From assembly GCA_012026655.1 (NCBI GenBank), contig JAAILG010000333.1, positions 1 through 64,000 on the forward strand: DNA of 64,000 nucleotides, read 5' to 3'. Shown piece by piece: positions 39,261 through 52,167 of the stretch. Position 1 is the first letter of the stretch. The number at the start of each line of letters is the position of its first letter. Source of the DNA: Hydrolagus affinis. Its lineage: Eukaryota. The translations under genes and the position numbers were made by a program. The notes beneath the pieces were generated by a model. The model was not told where the DNA came from. It made no database searches and saw only the letters and a list, made by a program, of their open reading frames with translations.

Positions 39261-39818
39261 TATAAACACCGAAATACCTAAAAAGAAGAGAGCTACAGGG
39301 GCGAGGGGAAAGGACAGGGAAATTGAACTGAAAGGAGCACAGACACAATGGGCCAAATGGCTTTCTTCCGAGGAAGATCAGGATCATAAATTGAGCAGTA
39401 AGGGAAAGTTACGTTAAGTCGATTTTTTTTCTCCTAGGAACCTAAAAACTCAGTTGAAAGCCAGTTGTGCTGTAAGACGATAGCTTGTTTGAACCCTGGG
39501 AAAAGATAAAAATAGACAAAAGTGTCTTGTCCTTGATGAATTTGAGCAGGTGAATTTTGGAGAACACTTGCCTGCGGCTCATGCTTATGCTTCCATGTTT
39601 AACGTGGAAGTCTGTCTCTTGGTATGAAAGGAACCGTCCTGTGGTGTCTGGTTACAGAATGTGGGTCAATTTGTTCATCAGCAAGAATACTAATGTCCCT
39701 TGTTAATGCAACGGTTTAGACTCATGGGTTATTCACGGCACTAAAAATCGGCCGAGTTTCTCAATGATCTCCTCTGTTTACTCGCAATGAATTAACAATG
39801 CTGCCATTTTCTTTTCAG

Positions 39819-39971
39819 AGGTTACTCTGTCACCAGAAGTACTTCAAGGACAAGGATGCCCTTAGTAAAATCAACAAAGAACCTTGGTCCTCCAACAAAA
39901 AACATCAGCAATTTGGAACCACAGCCTGAACGTGTGGAGACAATATACAAGTCGTTGAGGAAAGGCTTGAA
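39819..39971 (+). CDS. RIPOR3: RIPOR3 coding exon 2: (Q)GYSVTRSTSRTRMP...EPQPERVETIYKSLRKGL
   Basis: ttttcag acceptor and aa|gtgaga donor; phase 2 in and out; matches the DPKPQQVKKIFEALKRGLK block. Confidence 0.92.
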
Positions 39972-40662
39972 GTGAGAGCTTTTACACATTGCAAAGCACC
40001 ACTTAAAATACTCGCACAAAGCACCACGTACTCTATTGCCACTTGTCAGGAATCTTTACTGAAACTTTACTGAATGGTTCATACCGAAAGTTGGCTTGCG
40101 GCTGAGCTATCAATGTTTGGGTCAATGTGAGTGCAGGCAACGTTTCTTTGAACGTTTGCTCACTGCTGGATGTCACAGCAGCTTTGTGCAAGGCTGGAAC
40201 ATATAGAGTACTGTAGTGTTCCCAGTGAAATACATTAATAATCCTTAGATTTGGCATAACACCTTTCAATGTCGGGAGATTGTGTCAGAGAGCTTCACAG
40301 GATATACCCTGTGGTAATGACTGCGTAATTTGCAAGCAAATGTCATGACCATATTTATGCAAATGCCTTGAAGCAACATCAACAACTCGTATTTATATAG
40401 CGCCCTCCACGCCTTGCGGCGTCTCAGATGATGCAGATGTGGGAATAAAAGGTGGAATTTTGGTTTGATTACCTTTGGAGGATGAATAATTATAGAATAA
40501 TGTAGATTTTTCAGTAGGTGGGGAGAGCTCTTGACTTGGTCTTGTTCCATTCTTTAAGCTACGAATACAGTGAGTGAAACTGCAAGGCGTCAACACAAAG
40601 CGCGTTTATTGGAAAAAGTTGCATTTCTATAGATTAAAAATGGTTACTGTATTGCATTACAG

Positions 40663-40741
40663 TGAATATCTTGAAGCTGATCAAAATGAGTTAGACCTGC
40701 TAACAATGCAACAGAAAGATATGAAGAGAAATTCCAGACTG
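40663..40741 (+). CDS. RIPOR3: RIPOR3 coding exon 3: EYLEADQNELDLLTMQQKDMKRNSRL
   Basis: tacag acceptor and ctg|gtaagt donor; conserved KDxxRNSRL motif. Confidence 0.95.
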
Positions 40742-41352
40742 GTAAGTGCGTACACAGAGCTATTGTAACCAAAGAACTGATAATGTTGAGTTAACACGCT
40801 TCAACAAAATGTATCGGTTGTCTGCCTTTTGTGTTTCGGAATGGACTGGGATAGAAACACAGCAACTAGCAACACAGCGGTGGAATGTGTTTGAGAGGAG
40901 TGTCCACTTCCCTGATCTCGACTGTAATATGAGGAATTTTGAGTGTGGGCTGGCTGTTTTTGGAGGGGTAAGGATTCGGTGGTGGGGCAGACAAGGAACT
41001 GGGTGGTGTGGAAGTGTGGGGGAGAGGGAGGGTCACGGCTAGACGTAAACTGAAGGGAGAGTTATCTCTGATATTCTCTAAATGAAGTGAATTGGACTAA
41101 TAAAAACTGTATTGTTCAGTGGTGTGGAATAGTTTTTGCACTGAGATCTTAGATTCGATGTGAGTGCAGTGTTAGGCATCACATTTTCATCATAGAGCCA
41201 TGATATCCTGGTTATGGACACTGATAAAGGAAAGTGAGTAGTGGATATTTTCAGTAGGTTGGACCATTATCCTACATACAGTATATTTGAAGTTAATTAT
41301 CATGCCTCACTGGCCAGGACAATGATATTTCTCTTATTTTTCCCCCCAACAG

Positions 41353-41376
41353 GCCTTTTTGTATGATTTAGATAAG
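41353..41376 (+). CDS. RIPOR3: RIPOR3 coding exon 4 (24-nt micro-exon): AFLYDLDK
   Basis: Long pyrimidine tract with aacag acceptor; aag|gtaaga donor; YDLDK motif conserved in RIPORs. Confidence 0.93.
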
Positions 41377-41542
41377 GTAAGAGACTACATTTAATCTCTG
41401 CAAAAATGTCAGCCCTGGATTGTTTAATTCGCCAGCTGTCAGGCTACAGTATAATCTGCATAATGCTTCTTGGGTTGAGCATCTTGTTTACACAGAATAG
41501 TAATCAGTGTTAATTACCAGTTTGCACTGTTTTCTCTCTCAG

Positions 41543-41596
41543 CAAATCAGGATGACTGAGAGGTACATCAGGAGACTGGAATTTCACATCAGCAGG
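41543..41596 (+). CDS. RIPOR3: RIPOR3 coding exon 5: QIRMTERYIRRLEFHISR
   Basis: tctctctcag acceptor and agg|gtaaga donor; ERxIRxxEFHIS motif. Confidence 0.95.
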
Positions 41597-42063
41597 GTAA
41601 GAAACCACACGTTCATTAGCCTTTTTAACTCACTCAATTGAGATGAATATTAACCAGCTTATGACCAAGTAATAATGATAATAAAAATAAAAGGGAGTTT
41701 TTCCTAGTGTTGAGGCCACAATCCCCCAAATAAAATTGGTCTATCTTTTCATGTCTGTTGATGGGACATTGCTGTGTTTGTTCACCTACAAATACACCGA
41801 CACCACACTTCACAGTAAAATGCTGTGAAATGCTTTGAGACATCTCTACGACGTGACTAGGTGCTAAAGATTATTTTTAATATAAATGACGCAGTCCTTT
41901 TAAAAGTAAATCCTGTGAAGTGCTTTGATATGTCCTCCCGACTTGAAAGACACTACATTAAATCTAAGCATTATTCCCTCAATTAAATGTCTTGGAAGAA
42001 AGTCTCTGTAGAACTAGTATTGAATTCTTGAAGTGTTCATTGTTACAATTGACTGCTGTCCAG

Positions 42064-42213
42064 ATTGAAGAGTTGCACGAGTCCTATTGCATCCAATGGC
42101 GACTCCGTGATGGAGCCAGCAACATGAAGCAAGCGTACAATGCAACTCCCTCTACCAAAGGATCACGGGAAAGTCTAGTACAGATCAACAGGAACTTCAG
42201 GGAATGTACTGAG
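42064..42213 (+). CDS. RIPOR3: RIPOR3 coding exon 6: [25 protein letters not shown]...FRECTE
   Basis: gtccag acceptor and gag|gtatgg donor; YCIQxRLRDGAS motif (HR1-like Rho-binding region). Confidence 0.96.
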
Positions 42214-43843
42214 GTATGGCCCTTTGAATTTTCTTTAGAATACACCATTATTTTATTGCATCTGCAGTTTTTTTTATTATAAAGTTATAAATGTATCTGC
42301 TCTTGCTGGTCAAATCCCTAGCACTGTTCCACACTATGTGGTCACCATTCCTGACATCTTGGAGCACTTCAGTTTTTACTGTGAAATAACAAATTTCACC
42401 CACAAAATATCCACATTACAGTATACTGTATTTACCGTGAAGCGCTTGGAGATGTCTCAACGACGTGATAAGGCTCCACATCAATGCAAGAATTCTTGCA
42501 TAAATAGTTCAGATAAATAATTCACCAGTCAAGTGCAAAGTTCTGTTTTGACTTGCATCGACAATATTCATTCATATTCATAATCTCTATAAACTAATAC
42601 TGTGTGAATGGGGCTTTGCTGCTCACTTATGTAAGGTTGCCGAGTTTACAAAGTTGAATTGAAATGGCACTGAACTTGGGTTTCATAAAAATTGGACGCT
42701 TGTGAAGCTGAAGTTCAAGATCCAATCTTTACTGGGACCCCTGGGATCTGCTAGACAATGCATGTAAGCCTTAGAACACAACATGTCATCCTTTTACTGG
42801 GAAAACACTCCTCTGTGTACCAGCATTAATTAGTCATAAACACCCACTATCCACCATCTGGGAAAAGGAAAGAATGAAAATTCCCCCATAAGGATTTCAC
42901 GGATCAAACACAGACACACTCTCTGCAGTTCCCATCACTGGATCATCGAGAGGTTCGTTGTCAGAACTATACCGAAGAAAAAGAATGGACTGCAAAGGCA
43001 TTAGTTTTCCTCCAAATTGGATTCCTGAAATCAGGCTTTGATTCCCACCACTTTATTACGAAGGAATGAAGAGAAGTATGAAAGGGTATTGCTTTCATTT
43101 ACTCGAAGGATTAAGCTATAATAGTGAGATATGAACCAATGGCCAAATGTAAACAAAGGGGCATGTTCTGGTTCTGTCTGTTTTATATTTGAGAGGTCTG
43201 GTTAACTTGGACTGAAAATGATTCAGATTTGTGAAATTGATTCCAAGTTCAAAGCCAGATGAGTTCTGGTTTGAAACTGTTGATCAAATGTGGAAACGGA
43301 CAGTTAAACTTAAGGAAATTTACTGAAATAACACGAGTCACTGGAGATAAATACTATTCAGGATTTTTAAAAAAACATATGTTTCACACACTTAGTGCAA
43401 GGCAGTAATTAAAGTAAAATGCACAAAATGTGCTCGTTTTGCGAAAATATAACGTACAAAATCCAAAGGGACTTCAATTCGCATACTTTCTGTGCTCATA
43501 ATTGTGGGTTATTGAGGCAAATGGGAGCAGAAAACCAATGTAATAAACTGAGTTACGATTGTAAAAGTTAATGTGATGACATGTTCATTATGAAGCAAAT
43601 GCAAAAATGTCCCTTATTTTGGTTCAGAGGAGAATCTACACTCGGGAAATGTTTCATGGCTGCTCAACATGTGAGCAAATCCCAGGAACAGCACATAATG
43701 AGCTGGTCTGTAACAAGTTCTGCTGATCTGTCTGTCATTCTACGTGAAACTGTCTGAGAGACTGGACAGTGTAGAAAAACGTTTACAAGAACTCAGGCAA
43801 GACCAAAGTGTCTATAGAAAAAAAACTGATCTCAAGACCTGTA

Positions 43844-44050
43844 TGGAGTAGAAATTCTATCCGGGTCTAAATTTACTCTATCCATGTAACATTTCAAAGT
43901 GTTCAGAATCTGGCAAATTGTTGAATTCATTCCTTAAAAGATACAGCTTCGAAATCATAGATCATACTTCAAAACTTGCCAAATTCCCGACCCTCTCAAA
44001 TGCCAGGTTTTAATGGAGTAAATTTAGACCCAGGTGGAATTTCACCCCTG
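43844..44050. mobile_element. Palindromic MITE-like element flanked by TA
   Basis: Left arm tggagtagaaattctatccgggtctaaatttactctat...tggcaaattgttgaa is the imperfect reverse complement of right arm ttcaaaacttgcca...atggagtaaatttagacccaggtggaatttcacccctg; TA at 43842-43843 and 44051-44052. Confidence 0.75.
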
Positions 44051-44699
44051 TAGTTTCCTGAAGCCTGTTCATGGGAAAAAACTCAGCCAGTTCAGCTTCA
44101 GAAGTCAGCTGTTAGCCTGTATTGTAATCCGGTTTCCTGCCTAAATAAATCTTCTACTGTAAATGGATCAGTTCATCTGTCTAGGAGACTTTTACTACTA
44201 AGTACATAGCACAGCACACCAGAGATTACTTTCTGGCTTTCATTGTGGGGCCTGGAGTGAAATTGGTATTTCTGCACAACCAATAATTACGGCCGCAACT
44301 CTTTTGCCAACATATATTACTTTCGGCGCCTGTGTTTTTTGTTAATAGATTTTATTTGACTTTACAAGTACTGTATTCAAAGTTTCATAGTGTTACAAAT
44401 ATTCAGGCACATTTAAAGCAAAAGCAAACTGGCTGTTTAGTGAGCAGCCCCGGCACGCTGCATCTGAAAGCAAACATTTGCTTAGTGTAAGAACCTCAAA
44501 GTACCGTGCTGATCGCATTCCCATTCTAAGCCCTGTGTTTTGTGAGTGATCAAATGAAACGATGGGCACATTGATAGCAATTAGCCACTTTGTATAAATG
44601 TGCGGTCAAACTGGAGATTATTTAAAAATGCATTCTGAGAGCAGCACATTCAACAAAATGCGATTATTTATCCCCAATGAAAACTGAATGTGCTCCCTA

Positions 44700-44782
44700 C
44701 CTCAGGTCCCGACATGACTGTTCAGCGCCTTGGGACGTCCTCCCGACGTGAAAGGCGCTATATACATGTCATCTTGTTGTTG
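44700..44782 (+). mobile_element. L2-type LINE 3' tail just upstream of the exon 7 acceptor
   Basis: atgactgttcagcgccttgggacgtcctcccgacgtgaaaggcgctatata...ttgttgttg. Confidence 0.85.
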
Positions 44783-44810
44783 AATCCTTCTGCTATTTTC
44801 CCTGCTGTAG

Positions 44811-44874
44811 GATATGTGCACCATAGAGAGGACATTGGAGATTCATCTAGGAGAGTTTCACATCAGAATGAAAG
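44811..44874 (+). CDS. RIPOR3: RIPOR3 coding exon 7: DMCTIERTLEIHLGEFHIRMK(G)
   Basis: ctgtag acceptor and g|gtaaca donor; LGEFHIRMKG motif. Confidence 0.95.
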
Positions 44875-45672
44875 GTAACACTTTTTAAAAAATATATATA
44901 TAAACTAATTGAAAGTGCATGGGGGGGGGGGGCGGGAGGGGGAGGCGGGGGAGGGGCATGAGAAATGGTATTGGTGAGCCAACAGCACACTGAATCATCA
45001 ATTTGACATTAAACTAAGTGGATTTTGTCTGTAACAGTGAAGATTTTCTTTTTCAGTCGCAATGTCGAATACTCTTAAGCAGAGTGCGGTAAACATTCAT
45101 TTATATTGGATGAAAGGTTTAAGTAAGTTTCAATTTCTGGGGCAGTGAAACTTCCACCTTGATGCATCTATTGAATAAATGAAGCAGATCAGCTCGATTA
45201 GCTGATAGGCAATCCCAATTAATCTGTCGAGGTGCCTGAACCTCAGCTCTCTGAATGTCTTGACTCAGACGGGCAGACAGTAACTGTTCTGGTAATCAGC
45301 AGGTTATCACTGTTTCCCAGCTAACGCTGATGGAAAAATCAGACCCGACATGTTTACTCTCGGTCAGCCGGCCAACATTATTTTTGGAACAAGTCGAAGC
45401 ATCAATATGTGCAGCGACCTTGTATACGTTCATCATCTGAGTTATGGGAGTTTAGAAGATCCTCAGCTGAACAGAGGTTAATGCTTTGGATGACAGCATC
45501 TTCTTTCTGGACATTAGCGAGGAAAAGAAAACACAGAGAAGAAAGGCCTTTGGAAAATACCATTATTTTTGGCCTCTGGCCTTTCCCACTGGTTTCCGAT
45601 CTCTTTAAACTAATTGCAATTGCCCTTTTTTTTACCCTGACTAGTTGCTGTTTTTCCAATGTGCGTTTCTAG

Positions 45673-45716
45673 GTTTGGTTGGCTTTGCCCGGTTGTGTCC
45701 AGGAGATCAATATGAG
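45673..45716 (+). CDS. RIPOR3: RIPOR3 coding exon 8: (G)LVGFARLCPGDQYE
   Basis: tttctag acceptor and gag|gtgagt donor; ARLCPGDxYE motif. Confidence 0.96.
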
Positions 45717-47574
45717 GTGAGTTTTCAATCACGTTGTACTGTACTTGCAGTGAGATACCATTATGTTGAAGCCTGGAGAGCAAACGATAGATGTTTAACA
45801 CTCAATCCTTTGGGTGGGCAAACCTGGTGTTGTAAATAAATGTCCATCCAAACCCAATTATTAAACTTAATATTTCATATTACTTTCTCTATCTTTTAAC
45901 TCTCCTTTCACCCCCACACTAGTCTCCAGTCAGCAATACAAACATTGCAATATGGCACTTCTGTGCTATTTTGAGGTGACTGCTACTCTGTAGCATCACC
46001 AAAGATAATGTGGCGTATTGGAATGGAGAGACATTCAGAATGGAGCCTTTCCCAATTCACTGTTTTTGGAGTTAATTAAAAGTTATTGATCTTACTCATA
46101 GTTTCTTGGAAAACTTTCTTCCTTAAATAGCCTCAGATAAACACACATCATTTCTTCCAAAACTTCATTATTAATGGAGTTATCTGTCCACAGTTGTGGA
46201 CAACATATTTTAATGGTAGCATTTCCGATGAGTCTTATCTGACTTCACTTCTCCCCCCACAAAACAAAACTGCCGGATTAGCATTCAAGATAATTACTTC
46301 AATTATAGCAATATATCTTATATAGGGAACCAGGCTCACACAAATTGTTCCAGCCACAAATTATACAGTCCTAGCTAATTATTCAGTATGCTGTGTTGCA
46401 TTTCTTTGAGCAAACATTAAATGCAAGTGTAAATTGCAAAGGGGTTTTAATTTTAAATTACCCAGGGGTTATCATGTTACAGTATTTGCAATGCTATAAT
46501 ACTCAAAAGAGGAATGGTGTTGACATGGGAGTAATAAAGAGGAGACGTTCGAAATGTGCTGCTTGCTGAGTGTACTCTTGTAACAAGTTTAGTGTTAGAG
46601 TTTGGCTCAGTTACTGGATCCAACACTTGTCCCGTACCACTGTAGCCTGCACCGTTGAACTCGGACGCTGTGCGTGATGACCCCATGAAGTTGGCGAGCC
46701 CCTACCGTCATTTGTCAAGAGCGTTTTTCGTAGAACAAGAGTAGCATTTTGCGAATTCTTATTCAAGCAATTGATAATTGCTCTCTTCGCTGATCGGATT
46801 AATGCTGGAATTTTATTTCACTAAAACGCCACATTACAGATAGCTTTTTAAAAGAGTGCTGTGTGGGGAATTTTTAAGATTAGAATTACTAACAAGATGC
46901 AGATCGCCAAATAATGGCACTGTAGAGCGATACAGGAGCTTAAATAACCCCCCACCTTCACCCCCCTCCCTCCCTCCACCACCACCACCACCCCCATAAC
47001 TTTTTGTGTGTTTATAGAGCCATTCCTCATTTGTTTACATCATGTTGTGTATGAAAGAATTGCCTGCAGTGCTCAGAGAACATAAATCGTGGCTTCCTTC
47101 GAGGGGAGTACAAATTTATTGGAAGGACATAAGTGAAGAGGACTCACTGGGCTTGAATTAGCAAGTATGGGGAAAAAAGGTCGTCTTTGTACCAATGTAA
47201 AGCACGAGCACATTTATTCCACTCGTGACTTCAGATTGAACCAAGTGTATTTTTTCTGTGCAGAACAAAAAAAAATTCCATTTGCTCTGCTCATTTGTAT
47301 TGAGCTACATTGCTCGCACAGTTGGAAGCTGATAGGGTTATGATAGCATTTGACACAGTGAGAAGGGCAATCTATCTTACCCCCTTCATATGGAAACGTT
47401 TCATAACCACATATAGCAACAGCTATAGAATCTGCCTAACATCACACTATGCAACGACTAGGGATCTGGTTTCTCTAGGTTTTTGAAGCTGCAACTTGTA
47501 GCAGTGAGAATGAAACACGTACATTGTTTAAGTCTATTTGGAGGAAAAGCTTTGTTTTTTTTTCGTTGTTGCAG

Positions 47575-47700
47575 GTATTGATTCGATACGGTCGCCAGAG
47601 GTGGAAGTTGAAAGGAAGAATCGAGGCCGATGACAGACAAATGTGGGATGAGGAGGAGGTGATTTTCCTACCTCACATTAATGAAGATGTTGAAATCAAG
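47575..47700 (+). CDS. RIPOR3: RIPOR3 coding exon 9: [42 protein letters not shown]
   Basis: ttgcag acceptor and aag|gtaccc donor; [12 protein letters not shown] motif. Confidence 0.96.
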
Positions 47701-48084
47701 GTACCCGCTTGCAAATGTGTAGAAGAGTATTTGTTTTTGAGTATTTTTATGCTCGTCAAGATACTGAATCTTATCAATTTGGGCTCCCAGTGCCAACACT
47801 CACTGAGCATTCCTGATACAGGGTAAATGTATACATACCAAAGTCACCTCTACTCTACCAACAATCAGGTAAATCTCAGTGTTTACGTGTATTGCCTTTG
47901 GCAATGTTGACTCTAAATGAGCTGTCCCTATTCTAATTGGACATTGATAATGGCACCACACATAAAAACAAAACAGAATTTTAATTTATTTGTCCTTGTG
48001 TGTACTTAATAAATTGCACCTGAGGTTGCCCGCATATACAGCGATAGAATTATAGGAAGATCACATGATGGTTTTGTTCTGTAG

Positions 48085-48230
48085 GTGGCCGAGATGAAGG
48101 GGTTGATGACTGTTTTGGTGGGTACAGTGACTTGTGAAAGTGCAGACTTCTTCACAGCACAGCCTCAGATAATGATTGTGGACGTTACTGAACTTGGCAC
48201 CATTAAACTTCAACTGGAAGTCATGTGGAA
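48085..48230 (+). CDS. RIPOR3: RIPOR3 coding exon 10: [48 protein letters not shown]
   Basis: ttctgtag acceptor and aa|gtaagt donor; [11 protein letters not shown] motif. Confidence 0.96.
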
Positions 48231-48369
48231 GTAAGTAGTGCATCTGAGAGGAAAGCGCGAGTGCTCTATTCTGTATGAAGTGTAATATGGAATATTTAAT
48301 AATATTCACGGTTGCAGATAAAGCTCTTATATTTATATCAATTAGCACCATTTATTTATCACCTCTAAA

Positions 48370-48920
48370 AGATTTAGGAAAGGGAGCACTGGATGTGGAA
48401 CAAATGGGAGGACCGTAGATGGCACCAAGGCTTGATTAAGTAGATGGGAAGAATTGAAAGCATTGAGAGAGGTAGTGACTTTGGACGACAATTCCAGAGA
48501 AGAGGAATATGAAAGGCTGAAGGGATTTGTAGATAGTGTTGAGAGCGTTAAAATCGATTGACTAAGAGCCAAGGAGTTTGTAGGTGATGAGAATGTTAAT
48601 GGGACTTAGACCAAAGTACCTATGGTTAAGTTTGTAGATAAGGAGATAGAGAGATCAGTGGAAATATGGAGGGCAGCAAGAGAAAATCTATCCTGACAGT
48701 GTCAAAGATGAACAAGAGTTTCAGCAGCTGTGGTGAGATTAGGATTATAGACTAATCAGTCATGGTGACGGATACAATGTGGTGTTTGGAACGGAGCTTG
48801 AGGTCAAACAGAAAAATCTGAACAAGCAACATGGGAGATTAAACACAATCAGATCCAAGTGGTAACAGGAACTGAACGCGTTAGCCTTGGTCTTGCCAGC
48901 TTGAGCTAGAGAAAGTGACA
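48370..48920 (-). mobile_element. Degraded L2-type LINE ORF2 fragment
   Basis: Purine-rich + strand and an S/L/P-rich minus translation typical of L2 ORF2; no intact motif seen. Confidence 0.5.
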
Positions 48921-51837
48921 GCTTCATTCAAATGTTGCCATTTGTCAAAGTCTTATTAATAGCTAGTCATTTTTCTTCCATTAAATCAGAATTTAAAAAG
49001 GGTTATTGGACCAAAACTGCTTTCCCCAATTCACGATTCTCTTTCCCTGGGCGAGGTGTTTAAGTGCGGCCACTGCCGGGAACCTGAGGGCTGCCAAGGC
49101 CATTCACAATACCGTACTTCAGTGCACACAACCACTCTGAGATCCTGAACTCCTAACTGCACTAATGTCAGATCTCCCCAAAAAAACACATCTTATCCCA
49201 GTTTATTCATTTAGCAAACAGAAAAATGCTGATGTATCGTCATCGCTGAATACTGGAGTAAACACATTGATTTACATGCATGTTTTAGCTTATGTGTTGC
49301 AACAAATATTTACCCATGTTGAAAGTTGCGACGGAAATACCCCAGTTTTTAATATCTTATTTGACTGTAAAAGTAATTATCTAAAGGAAATTCTTACAGG
49401 ATTGAGATTAGATTTGGGGTTTGAAATCTAACGTGCGACTCTGATATGATGTGCGGGATCCATGGCAAAAGGCACGTTTTTCAATCCACGCACAAATGTG
49501 CTATTCCTTCTGTCCAGGATCCATATGTAAAGATTCACAGAGCATGTAAGCGAGATCAGTGTGTGCTTCGTAGCATATCAAATCGCCATGCACAATCTGA
49601 CAGGATCCAGGCTGATTTAAATAATAATCATAATCCTATATACAATATTTTGTAGGAAACACAGCAACCGCAGACTTCAGCTCACTCCCACCACCACACC
49701 CTCATCTGACAGTGCCGAGGGAAAAGATACTGCAAATCAATGCATGTAAAATTTGAATCCTCTAGGATTATCGGTCTCTTTGGAATTCCACTTATTTTTC
49801 CACGCGAGATACAACAAATGTGCAGTGGATAGTGGAAGATAGTGCAGGCATCAACGTCACATAACCCTCAGCAACATTTCTCTTCTCCATTAGAGCTTAC
49901 CAGCTCATGAGTAAAACCTCCCGTCTCTACCCTACTTTCCTTACACATTGTTGAACTCAATGCCAGGAATAAAAGCCAATGTATAATATTGCCATCTGCG
50001 CACAGTTGGCTCTTGGCCCATTCTAAATGGGACAGACATCCTTCAAACATGCCAAACCCTTCACAGCATTTACTGCATTGCTTTCAACAACAACTTGAAT
50101 GTATTCAGTGCCCATCACAGGGGTGGATTCTTAGAGTCCTTAAATGACATGAACTTGATTTATTGCAGCCAGAGGCTGAACCTTTCCTTTGATAACTGTG
50201 AGTGAACATTTCCAGCCATATCTTTGACACAGATTAAATGCAGCATCTCCAATATCATTTTTGCTGTTTAAGTCTAGGAACGATTATTGAATCATCTCTC
50301 CGATAGTGAAGCACAGATCTTCTGCTTGCTTAGCTTGGGGGCAGTCTAGGTCCATTGCTCAATGATAGCAGTTAGAAAGGTCCATTTTCTCGCCTTTATA
50401 TTCCTAAATATGTTTGAATCTCTTGACTTTATTCTTTTTTTTTGGAGCGATTTTGTGGAGGATACTGGAGGATGTTAAAGATCTTACGCTGCTGTTTAAA
50501 AAGAGAAGGGAATTTCTCCTCGTCTCCCCGCCAACATTCTATCAAATAAAATTGTTCATTCACTTCATGGATATTTGCTGGACACTAGCCGTGTGCAAGT
50601 ATACAGTCACTACTCTTTGCATTAAATCCTGTGAAGGCTTTTTGGATGTTTCAGTCATATCATAAGCCACTATATTAAATTCAAGGATTATTATTCCTGT
50701 GAAACACTTCACTGCTTCTCTTACCTGCTGAACATCACCCAACATCCAACTCCTGTTCTCTCTTTCCCTTCTCAGTTCTAATTAGTGCTACTTGTTGAAG
50801 ACAGCTGCCAGCCATTATCTTGGTTTCTGAATATCCAAACTAATCCTGGTACATTTAAAGGGATAGGATACAGTGTGTATGCGCTGGTGAGGTTATCACG
50901 TATTATAATCAAATCCAAAGTGAAGGCTTTTTCCCATGTGGTGGCATTGATGCACATTTTGTTACCAATAGACTGTAGTTTGGAGTGGTAGGACATGGGT
51001 TTGCATCCACAATTTTCTACGTGGGGAGTTAATGATATTCCAGGGTGGAGGTTGAGAAACTGGAGATCAGGGGAAGGGAGAAATCAAAAGGGCAGTAACC
51101 TGTAATACCTTCATCCGTCTTCTGATGATTGGCTCTGGGGTCAAACTAGGAAGAGGTTTAGAAACTGTTGCTCGTCATCTTGCAAGGCAAGATTGTAAAA
51201 GAGGAGAAGCCAAATTAACTACAGTATAAAGCAGGAGAAATATATATTAAATGGTAAAATAGACATGTAGCTATCCATCAGATTCACTGGACTTGTAGCG
51301 CTCTGAGACGCCGTCCGGCGTGGAGCGCGCTATATAAATCAAAGTTGTTATTGTTGTTGTTATTGTGTATTCTCTAGACAAAAAGCAATGTGCGAACATT
51401 GACATAGGCAGTGATTTCCAATGACACATATGGCAGGCAGATGAATCTATTGGCCTCTGCTGGAACTTAAACCTGTGACCACTATGAAAGAAATGTTTTA
51501 ATGCTTTAGCCTGAGGTTATTTAACACATGTTTTATTAGGAATCTCCTGAAACTGAATCATTTTAGTGGGGGGTTGGTTAAGTGTGGCTCACCAGCCAAT
51601 GCTAACAAATGTGATAACGAGCCGTCCACTCGTTTTCCAAAACCTCTCAGCAAATATAAAAGTTCATACACACGAGGGATGTGTGTTAATCTACTTTATC
51701 GGCACTTTTTTAAAGAAATTTTTCAGGACCTCCTGTAAGAATTTATTACTCCAGGGGATGGTAATTACCCACTGCATTTTAAACCCATCTATATATATAT
51801 CATCTATATATATATGTATATATGTAAATATATCTAG

Positions 51838-52167
51838 TAATAATACTCCTAGCATTTGCTATAGTGCTTTTCACATCTTATCAATGTCTCAAAGCACTTT
51901 TCGCATCTTCTAGACATCTCAAAGCGCTTCACAGAATGTATTGTAAAGTGAATTAACTACTGTATGTGTGGGTGAAACGTAGCAACCAATTGCGCACAGC
52001 ACTTTCCCACAAACAGTCATGGATTGAAAATTACCAATTTTGTTTTGGAGAGATTATTATCAGGCATGTGGAGTAAGGAAACTTGACGAAGGTTTCGCCC
52101 TGCCTGGAACTGAACCCAGGTCTCTCACTTGTAAGGCGAGTGCTCTAACCACTGAGCAATAGGACTC
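51838..52167 (-). mobile_element. Full-length SINE with a tandemly duplicated or second tail
   Basis: tttcacatcttatcaatgtctcaaagcac is followed by ttttcgcatcttctagacatctcaaagcgc; complete head to aggactc. Confidence 0.9.
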
